From positions 817,226 to 881,225 of the forward strand of contig BDGG01000013.1 in the NCBI GenBank assembly GCA_001949185.1: 64,000 bases of DNA, read 5' to 3'. The number at the start of each line of letters is the position of its first letter. Position 1 is the stretch's first letter. A program made the translations under genes and the position numbers. This document shows positions 35,779 to 45,390 of this stretch, one piece after another. Origin of the DNA: Ramazzottius varieornatus (taxonomy: Eukaryota; Animalia; Tardigrada). Below the pieces are notes generated by a model. It ran no database searches. It saw only the letters and a program-made list of their open reading frames with translations, and had not been told where the DNA came from.

Positions 35779-36074
35779 TCCTCGTCGATGTCTGGAAGAA
35801 GAAGATAGTTGTGGATAGATGCATGCAGGCAGAAGAATAGAAGGATAGAGTAAAATGGTAATGGAGGAAAAGAAGCCAACTGCGTCGAATCTGAAAAAGA
35901 TTTAATCTGCCTTGCAAAAGGAGAACAGAGAGAAATGGCTCGTTATGACGTTTTGACGGACAAAGGCGGGGCTTCCGGACCGCTCATCGGTTCCATTGAT
36001 TGCTTTGGTAGTCGCCAGAGTTTCTGACTCTTAGATTCATCAAAAAACCTATAAAAAAATGAACCCGCAGTTTA

Positions 36075-36140
36075 ACTCGGTCCTTCTTTCACGTGGCGCA
36101 GGTTGTCAGTCAACAATACCGACCACGTGCGCCACTTGCT
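36075..36140. repeat. Family A hairpin repeat, intergenic upstream of cdc25
   Basis: CGTGGCGCAGGT-loop-ACGTGCGCCACTTG. Confidence 0.7.
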
Positions 36141-36801
36141 GTACGTTTTTCGGGTTACGTATTTTACTGATTGCGTTCCGAAAAGTTAGATTTGCCCCAT
36201 GTTGTTTGCTATAAGAGTATAAGCAGGGTCCGTAGTTTCCCTGAAGCTAAACAATGGTGTTAGCACCACAGTTTATTTTCGTTTGAGTACTTGAACTATT
36301 TGCGTTTAGAACGAGGAACTGAAAGCTCATAGTTTGGCAGCATATTGAAACTTGCGTCCATCGAAGCAATAATTATAGTACTCAGTTCACACTTTACCCA
36401 GGAATCAGAACGAGGTACGCCTCTCATATGCAGCGACAAAGGGATAAATTTGTTAAACTTTGATCACATGAAATCCCGAAAGTTCAAATCTAATATTATA
36501 AATTCATGGATACGGACATATTTTGTTCGACTAGGTTTTATTCTATTAGCTGACTCAGACATTCCAAACAGACAAAGAATTTTCTGGAGAGGTCGTCGGA
36601 GAGGCCGTCATGAAATTAAACCAGGAACGTAGGAACTTTCAGGAGGTGAGCGTCAAACTCACCGAGAGGATTATTCCAAGTCATGTTAAAAATAACTGCT
36701 TATAATAGTAATTCTTCTGGAAAGGTGTGTTTTGATTTCTGAGACACTTCAAACGCACGGGAAAAGCTGTTTTAGTAATTAGTCACCTTTACGTAACAAC
36801 G

Positions 36802-36808
36802 TATAAAA
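36802..36808 (+). promoter_or_regulatory. TATA box of the astacin-like gene
   Basis: TATAAAA about 100 nt upstream of the signal-peptide ATG at 36905. AATAAA at 38441 follows the stop. Confidence 0.55.
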
Positions 36809-36904
36809 CACCCTGCGTACTTGCAACGCAAGAAGTCATTTTCCAAGGTCCTCGTTTGAATTCCTTCAACGAGTAGTCCACTACCTCCGACTTCCTGGTT
36901 GAAA

Positions 36905-38379
36905 ATGGGCGTCTCACTGACCACCTTTCTCCTGTTGGCTTCCGCCCTTCTTGGTAAACCTTTTCAGTGATGTGTCTGTTACGATCCTTCCTGACCACTT
37001 TGGTTCTTTTACAGGTGTAGCTTATGGCGCCCGAAGTAAACTCCGCACAACTAACACGGACGTCAAGTTTGGACGATGGAACCGCACCGGTATTCCTTAC
37101 TGCATCGACAGTTCATTCAGTACGTTTCCCTGAAGCTTTTTTTAAAGGATTTTCCGGGGCAAATTGATAAGACCCATCGTTTGATGATATGTAGACGTTG
37201 CAATTTTCTTCGTTGTAGCATCGACTCAGGCCCAAATGATCCAAGCAGCTATTGCCGTCATCATGGCCGACTTGAACTACTGCGTGGCCTGGACCCCGGT
37301 GGGGTGTTCCAGCCCCGTCTATAAAGTGCGCTTTACGTCTTTAACCGCCGGACCGTGAGTACCACTCTGCCCGTTGGTTTAGCCTGAATTTCGAATTAGA
37401 ATCAGCTATTGAACTATCCTAACCAATTTTCTTCTTGTAGAGGAAGTGCTCCACAAACGTACTGCTGGAGCTACCCCGGCGTCTATCTGGACCTGAGAGC
37501 TACTACCAGTGAGCAAATCATCTCCCTTGCCACAGGTCCGACTGGCTGCTTTGACGGAACCCTGCATAGTCTGATGAAGCCCATGGCCATCGCCATGGGT
37601 AAGCGGAACGAGCATCAACGTGGCGACCGTGACAATTTCATCACTGTGCAAAGCGGTAACGTGGCGGTACAAGTAAGTTGCCGATTGGAACTGACTTGGT
37701 CCGTTAATTATCCTTGCCAACAGTTGTGCCTTGTACTTTCAGAGCGCATACACCATGTATCCAACTGATGGCAGCCAAGCTTTCTGGGGACGCTTCCCCT
37801 ACGACTACTGCTCCATTACCCACAACCAGCCGGGCGACTTCGCGCTGCCAAATACTGCTGCGTTCACTATGCCCGCCGGCGCTTCTCCCAGTTTTATTCC
37901 CAAGCTTGACCGTCTCAGCCTTACCGACTGCAAGCTCCTCAATATGTTGTACGGCTGTGACAGTAGTGCCTGCAATCAGCGTAAGAAAACTTCCTCAGAG
38001 CCGATACTAGTGGATTGATATCCCGATGACCAACCTGATACTTCGACTTTTCCTTGCAGCTATCTGCACGGTACAAGCCACGCAAGCTGGCAGTGCAACC
38101 ACCATGGCTACCACCACGATGTCCAACTTGCCATGCTGCCCACAGGGCACATCTACCGGCATGACGGCAATGGTCACCATGTCCACTCCAACAGGGTCCA
38201 CTCCAACAGGATCCACTAGTACGGCTGCCACGAGTACCACTGGTTCCACCGCCACAACCGGTACAACACCCACGGGTATGACCACCATGCCGGGAGGTAT
38301 GACCACCATGGCGGCAGGCATGACCCCAGCTTGCGTTCCATGCGTGTGCACACCAGTTGGCGTGACTCCAGCGGGCTAA
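36905..38379 (+). CDS. Secreted astacin (M12A)-fold protein lacking zinc ligands, with a Thr/Gly/Met-rich Cys-flanked tail
   Basis: Signal peptide MGVSLTTFLLLASALLG, then RWNRTGIPYCID and CWSYPG. The active-site region reads MKPMAIAMGKRNEHQRGDRD (cf. HExxHxxGxxHEHxRxDRD). PYDYCSITH corresponds to the Met-turn SIMHY, and LSLTDCKLLNMLYGC follows. The last exon encodes T/G/M-rich repeats. Confidence 0.8.
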
Positions 38380-38664
38380 GAGGATCATGCGTATACGTGA
38401 CCGTTATCTTTCGAGAATACGGCTGCTCGCACAACTTGATAATAAATTCTGTCTTTGAGTAACAACTGAAAACAAAATCTGAATCAAAATCTGATAGGGC
38501 TAAAGAGAAAAACAAAGCACAGTCTTAAGACCGTGGGTAATTTCCAAGCTAGGGGTCGCCCATCATTACTCTCCAATTAAGGTTGTTTACATTCGGTAGA
38601 GTATTGGTAGTGACGCTACGGCGAACGCCATGCTATTGTTCCTCATTAAGCGTGGACACAGTGG

Positions 38665-38907
38665 CTAGCATTCGAACAAATCAAAGGTTATTATGCTACA
38701 CTCCGGATAACCAAAATCTGATATCGTCCGAAAGTCATGCTTGTAGCCGTATACAGCATTCCAGCAGCTGGTCTTGTCGGTCTGTAACCGGAAGCCGTTC
38801 TCATCGAATTGCCTGGTTTCGGGCAATGGTTTCGCCGTAAAAAGCTTTAGTAAGCTTTGTGACGCGAACATGCACAAAACGGCTGTAAACCTAGTCTTTA
38901 CGGACAT
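38665..38907 (-). pseudogene. Truncated paralogue of the small secreted thyroglobulin type-1-like gene
   Basis: 80-aa ORF with a hydrophobic N-terminus and QTDKTSCWNAVYGYK, shared with 39151-39527. It continues YPECS..FDLFEC and stops before the CxC motif. Confidence 0.55.
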
Positions 38908-39150
38908 TGCTGGGGGATCTGTAGTACAGTCCAGTGGACCTGTTTGACCGATTACTTCGATAGTTATAAAAGACAACAACCGGTTTATTTATCTTTGATA
39001 CAACATTTCACGTTACGGCTCCTCGGCATTCGACGATTTCTACTTCGATCGCAGGCTCTGGAGACGAATAAAGGAAAAGCGGAAAAGGAAACCGTTATCT
39101 TCAATGAGTCCTCCTTGATCGCCACGTGGTTCAATGATGTTGGAAAGTTG

Positions 39151-39527
39151 TCAATTCGATGCACGCTCCACAACTGCAGTGCAGTAGCTGGTTCCATCAT
39201 AAACCCAACTGCCTGTCCTCTCGTAACTCTCCCATATTTCGAAATAGGGAACCACTTCCACAACCTTGCCAGTCTTATCCGTACAGACGCATCCGCCATA
39301 GGACGTTAATTGGTAGACCCCGAAGGAAGTTCCGTCGTCGCTGCAGTTGGGGGGACGGTCGCTGGCTCGTCCTTGTAGCCATAAACGGCGTTCCAGCAGA
39401 TTGTCCTGTCTGTCTGTTGCCCGTATTTACCGTCTTGTCTGGCTAACGGGTTCACCCCAGCTAGCTGTAGCAGGTACTGAGACAGGAACAGGCACACAAC
39501 AGCAAAAGATCCAACCTTGGCAGCCAT
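39151..39527 (-). CDS. Small secreted thyroglobulin type-1 (thyropin)-like protein with a frameshift in a C6 run
   Basis: Signal peptide plus QTDRTICWNAVYGYK. Changing frame at the homopolymer (plus-strand G6, 39349-39354) gives PNCSDDGTSFGVYQLTSYGGCVCTDKTGKVV...YCTAVVERASN*. A minus-strand AATAAA lies at 38984-38989. Confidence 0.65.
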
Positions 39528-39739
39528 TGCTAGTCAAACGTTTGATTTGCAGTATTACAAGTCGTTGAGATATAGTAGATAAAACTTCAGTGATAATATA
39601 CGCGGTATTCCGAATTTAGGACTGCAGCTGAATATCTTGCGGGTGAGTTCAAGGTTCACGTCGGTCAGGTTCGCAATTACTCGTTGGTGACCTAGGGAAC
39701 CTCATCGAAGGTCGCTTTATCAAGGTCAACACGGTTCAC

Positions 39740-40200
39740 CAGTCCAGTAAGCGAAGAAAGGTCTCTCATGTCCTTCACGGTAACAGAAAATAGGGAAGAA
39801 AACGGCCCAGAAGCGGTTTACAGCAATGAGGACGTGGCTGTTGAAGGTTGTTCCAACGAGCGCGGCATCCGGGTTCCGGTAGATGGCGCGAAGATTTTAG
39901 GCTTGATTGGTCCAAACATTCGACCTTGTTCCAGCGAAGTCAACGGCAGTGAGCCGAATATTAAAGCTAGGTGGACCCAGGAGAGGCTATTATAGTATGC
40001 GGCGAAGAAAATGCGAGCCGATCGGTAAACGGATGTGATGTAAAATAGAACCGCGTTAAGCAAGACTGTCGCTATTCGGATTGCGGCAAAATATGTCATG
40101 CTAGGTAGGGAAAGAAAAAGAGGTGCATGGGGAGACTGGTTTCCCGCAGTCGGGATGAAAGAAGTCTTGTTCGGGTAGCTAGGACGAGAAGCTGTGACTA
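39740..40200 (-). pseudogene. Class A GPCR pseudogene fragment (TM1-TM3), paralogue of 25915-26875
   Basis: RIATVLLNAVLF...RSAR...YYNSLSWV...MFGPIKPKIF, then a 1-nt frameshift, then AIYRN...TFNSHVLIAVNRFWAVFFPI. No TM4-7 seen. Confidence 0.72.
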
Positions 40201-42189
40201 TGGATAGTCGCGTTAATCGTGCAAGCTGCAATCTCGTATGAGAAGCTTCCGTCTTGTTGGATCGGGTAACAGAATCCTTTTCGCCGAGAGGACGGAAAGA
40301 CTTCAGTGGCCAAAAAACGATTCTGGACATACGTAGGGCATTTCCTAGTAGACAATAGCTGTTACATTGTGATTCATAAGGCACTGGTAGAACGGACTCA
40401 TGGCGCCATGAAGCGGGAAAGCGCCAGCCATAGCCATTCGTGCATTAGTCAACTTGCATGTTCTAAAAATTAGGAATTAGAACAGAAGGATGTAAGCGCT
40501 GCATGAGCAAACTCGGAAAAATGCGGCAAGACCGCCGGAGAAAAAGCGATGACGAGGGAGATATTTTGAAATTTTAAAAAAAGGCAAGACCGCGTCAATA
40601 TTGTTCTTACACCGCATGAAGTTCGAGAAGCTCAATTAAACCCAGGTATTTCTCAAAAGTTCCAAAGGTATTCGTGTCAACAACTGTAGGACTAGACAAG
40701 CGGTCTTGCAGCAGAGCTTGAGTGATGTAGACGAACGAGCCCAAGTTGGAGTTAAGCAGGGATCGCGAGGAAAGTGCAGTTGAAACTGGACTCAGCATCA
40801 TGGTTTTATCTTGGCTCCTGGTCGGCAGATTCTGAATTGGCTGGACAGTTCTCAACAGCTGGTTTCTACTGGCGAAGTTTCCGCTCAAAATATTGTAGGC
40901 ATCGACCAGGATGTTCTCGCATAGCCGATGCCACAGTGGTTTGGACGGAAGTGTTTTCTGGATGGTCCAATAAGGCCGGAATGGACAATATCTGGACGGA
41001 GAAAGATGGCACCATTTTGGAGGAAATCCCAGAAGAAACCAACTGGAGTGGGCGGGAGAAAATGGGTGTACCATACTAAACTGATATGCATGATAAATTT
41101 ATGCCATAATACGGTTATGAGGGTCCCATGATCTTGACAGCTCATTTCTTGACTTTGAACGCTCTTCCATATCATAACCCATGATAAGTTCAAATCATCA
41201 ACCTATGTCGAAAGCTTTCGCTCATTGTTGACGCGCTGTGGAAGAATAGAAGACGAACGTTCATTGTCATGATTCTAGTGGATTTTCGCCTTGCGTGAGG
41301 TTATTGGCGAACTCTGCGCACATGAGCAGATAAAGTCGTTGTACTCTGAACGTTGTACTCTAATATCGATAGCTAGTATTGATGTCATGTTTAGTAATGG
41401 ATATTGCGACGCACGGGAAATTTAGCTCTGTACAAAGAGCGCTGAGAGTGGACCAACTTTAAGTAGTGACGATCTTCTTTTCCAGTGCACTGTCTTTAGT
41501 TCCGTTCTGACAAGGCGCTTCACAGGTGATACGCAGCTCTAAGTTAGTGCTTTTTCGATGAAGTAGCGCTTCGAAAGCTTTTGATGGTCGTCGCTCACAG
41601 CCAGTAGGAATGCCTTTTTCAACACCTTATATCGCTTCGGCTTCTGATCAGTAACGCCAGTTTCTTGTACAACTATCGATTAAAGTGATGACAGGGGTTT
41701 CCAAAAAGTTGTCGTTTCATCCCTGAGGTTTGACCGGTCACGTTGACCTGGTCGAGCAACTGGCCGCCGCCTTGGTAAGAAAAGTATCGTGTACCGCAGT
41801 TTTCATGTGTAACGACGTGGGCATGGGTCCGACCCTGAAATGGGCTGTCGACCCTGGAAGAGCCACGCCCATTTCACCTCAGCAAGTCTGAGCCTTCCGT
41901 CGAGCTCTGTTTGGTGGGGGCCGCAGAGGTCGCAGATTCAGTGGGAACCGATTTTAGATCAACCGCGGGACATCTTGCTGCTTGCGCTTGGGTTGTTCGT
42001 CTTTTTTCCGTGCTCAGGTTTCTGAATTTGTGCGGTACGTAGTCCAGCAAATATGGGTGTTGACTGCTCTCGGTGGTTTCGACTACGTGGCATGTGTGAT
42101 ATCGCTGTACTTGATACCGTGGAGGACACTTTTAGCGGTGAGAAGACCAGCAAACGGTGGGTAATGCGCTGCTCATTTGTGCTTTCGTC

Positions 42190-43672
42190 ATGTCGGACCA
42201 TGGTTTTGTACCCGCGACTTTCATCAGATATCTATGGCTTTTCGGTCTATACCATCCGGTAAAGCAAGATGGTTTCAACGAGCTGGCGAACCCAAAGCCG
42301 CGCCTGCGCTGTAAGAATGTTTATGGGTATGTGGCAGCCACTCTGACCAGCATGATGTGTCTGGTGGGCCTCGCGGAGTACAATATTTTCTATATCAAAG
42401 ACATCGCTACCATGTACTTTTTTGTCCTGGTTAGAGTACTGAACAACTCTCTGATACTGCTGCAAACACCACTCATCCTGTTGAGCCTGTTCAGCTCACG
42501 CAGAAGAGTGGAGGAAACTTATAACCGCTTCTGCGTGATCGACATTTCCATATTTACACAGCGAAAGGCTGATATGTTGAGAAAAGCTTTGTCCGTGCTT
42601 ACGCTCGTGTGACTCTTTACTTGGCTCGTTGCGTTCTGTGTAGGAGCTGCGTGCAATTACTGGCCGTCGATCAGAACGTTGGAGGCCCTGACCTCTCCAA
42701 TAAGTTTCTTTGGTGGAATGGTCCCCTCTTGCTTGGCGTTCACCCATGGCGTGACGGAGTGCTGGATCTCTTTCAACGTAAACATGAGCTCACAGTTACT
42801 TCATATCTCGCTCATTTTCGGACTGACTCTTGGATCTCGAAATGTGTACCACAACATTGAGTGGCTCTTATTTTCTGAAGCCAACCTCGAAACGTCGGCC
42901 CATATGATGGTCAAAGAGCTGAAGAAACTACAACTTTTGCAAAACCTGACCCGTGACCTTAACGAGAACTTCGGGCTTTTGATCTTGTTGGACTGTATGC
43001 GCGACATGATGGCCGTTGTGGCTATGATTTCTTTGTGTTTGAGAGTGGACGACAAACAAGGATTCGATGAGAGCGATGCTGCTTACGCCGCTCGGGTGCA
43101 GGCTAAAGTGAACCAGAGCTACTGGGATTTCACCGTCACTACCAGTGCTTTGGCAAACGCAGCTTGCGTGTTGGGCTTGTTTGTACTGTAATTCAACCGT
43201 AAGGCCAGCCTACTTTTTTGTTCCAGACCTCGATCGCTGGTAGGTGGTCATAGTGCCGAGTAATCAATTACGCTATTGTCAGGTAAGGAAAACTGAAAGA
43301 GTTCTCAGACGATACCGGGTGGAATCTCCATCTGTGAACATCCGGGTGGAGTGTTCAAATATTCTTTCGGAAATCGATGGACTACCTGGCGTCATCTCTG
43401 CTGGTGGAATATTTCACATCAACTCGGAATACGTTGGCAAAGTATGGCCGGAGAGCTGTGTCCTCAGATTTTCAGATGTTATGCCTTCCGGTTGGTGCTT
43501 GTGAACATCTACTTTTCAGATGATGGGAATCATGGTTACATACGCGATCTTAGTGTACCAGGCCAGAGATGAGAAGAAAGGAGCAGAAGACAACGTCAAG
43601 ACGTCAGACCTGCAACGACAAACTTTAATTCTTCTGTCACTGATGTACAATGGATCCAAGTGCACCCTATAG
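42190..43672 (+). pseudogene. Gustatory receptor (7TM chemosensory, Gr/GRL family) with an in-frame UGA
   Basis: A long hydrophobic frame starts MSDHGF...LWLFGLY and contains an in-frame TGA at 42610-42612. It continues through LNENFGLLILLD to the C-terminal exons ISAGGIFHIN... and the TM7 signature TYAILVYQ. A TAA at 43189 may be exonic or intronic. Confidence 0.75.
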
Positions 43673-44888
43673 CCTACTGTATCCCCTCGAAAGCTCTGCA
43701 CAGTCACATGACAGGCTCATTAAATAATCCCCGCAACCTGCTGACTGAACCACGATCACCCGAGGCCTAATTTATGGGCCTGACATGTGACTGCGCAGAA
43801 CGTTCGAGGGAAACAGTTTGCTCTTCTCCCCTTGTAGCTGAAACGGATTGCTAATTGACCGATTGAAGTAATGCTTTGCCATGAACGACAAACAAGTTAC
43901 GCAGAGCGAACTATCGCAGTGGAAGACGAATTCTTGAGCGAAGGACTACAGCATATGGGCACTGGGCGAAGCTTTTCAGTAACACGTGGTCAAGTGTCAT
44001 TGTGTGGAGCGCGCATAGAGGAGACAAGTGACCACATTGTAACTGGTAAAAGCTTTGCCCAGTGCCCATACAGAGAGGGAAGGGAGGTCTGTCACCCATG
44101 GTACACAGTGTAAAAAAGGCTGAAAAAATTGGAAGTAAAAATCATTCGCACAGCTCAGAAAACAAGTAGAATTCGCCCCTGATCCAAACCGTCTCATGAG
44201 ACCGTTCTATGTTTGATTATATGCTGAAAGATATTCTAATCCGACAGACAGGTGCAATAGTTTTACGGGCAGAGACCAGTCTGAAACCTGTAGCATTGTA
44301 TGGTGGTAACTGGGAAAGAACAGACGCCTGTGATCATCTCCACGTCTTTAGCACTTTGTGTCAAGAAATATACCATTTCGCCCCGTGAATTACCATCTTT
44401 TTTCGTTACTACTGGACCTCCGTATGCTCATAAACCTGTTTATCTAATCAAAAAACAGTTCCACGCTTACCTGACACGGCATTCTTTCTGGGTCGTGGGC
44501 CGGGCAAAATGAGAGCCACTTCGTCTGGTGAACAAGGTGGCTGCGACGAACAAGCATCTGTCTTTCTGGTTATTACAGCACAGAGATGCGATGAGAACTT
44601 CGAGGTCAGATGTCCAGAAAATGCGCTGCAAAACCAAAGCAATCGCCTGCAGACCCACTAAGGGAGCTTTCAAGTATTACGTAAGATTTCGATATTAGGA
44701 GCCGTTACCCCTACCCCCCTCTCGTCAGCACTGCGTAAAATTCCAAGAACCACTACCTAAAACCTCATTTACTGCCTAAGATTTTCAAGACCTCATCAGA
44801 AGCGCAAAAAGCGCAATTTCGCTAGAAAAACGAGAGATGGTGCAAACCGAGCACCGTTCGCAGCATCGGAAGTTTTCAAACAGGGGTA

Positions 44889-45080
44889 CACGCACGAAGG
44901 AAAAGTTTGAAACAGGCGGAGAAGACGGCAAATTGAGAATGCAACCGCAGAAAATTTCAAAAAGTCTATTGGCGTGAATTGCACACGTACGTCCTCGTAC
45001 GAACTTCCGTTCCGGTGTTTCGGAATCGCCTGTTCCAAATTTTTCGTGTTCCAAACTTTCCTTTTGTGCGTGACTGCGTG
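44889..45080. mobile_element. MITE family C relative nested in the Harbinger-like element
   Basis: TA|CACGCACGAAGGAAAAGTTTG...CAAACTTTCCTTTTGTGCGTG, with internal similarity to 24302-24480. Confidence 0.6.
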
Positions 45081-45294
45081 TAAGTTTAGATTCAGACCAG
45101 ATTTACAATTTACGCATCTTGAGCAATGCTCGAATTCACCTGTGAGGAGCTCTAGGTTTGGGCTCCATGATGGGAAATGAAAAGACAGGAAAAATAGTAA
45201 ATCCAAAGGAATGCCAAATTAAATTTCTGCTACCCACTTAAGGGAAAAACAGGGACAATTGCACAGCAGCAGTGGGCACGATCAAACGAGGATG

Positions 45295-45390
45295 CGCACT
45301 AATTGTTGGTGCAGTGTTTGTGCGTCGCTCAAGGCCAATAACCAGCTGATCGACAGGTCACGGTTCGAGTCTTGAAACTGGCTTCTTTTT
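45295..45390 (+). other. Degenerate tRNA-derived / Pol III-like cassette
   Basis: A-box-like TGGTGCAGTGT (45307), B-box-like GGTTCGAGTC (45362) and a T5 run (45386-45390). No convincing cloverleaf. Confidence 0.4.

Noticed and set aside
37939-38388. Minus-strand Gly/His/Val-rich ORFs
   Set aside because: They are antisense shadows of the Thr/Gly/Met-rich last exon of the astacin-like gene.
45295-45390. Functional tRNA gene
   Set aside because: The acceptor and anticodon stems cannot be folded convincingly, so it is kept only as a tRNA-like relic.
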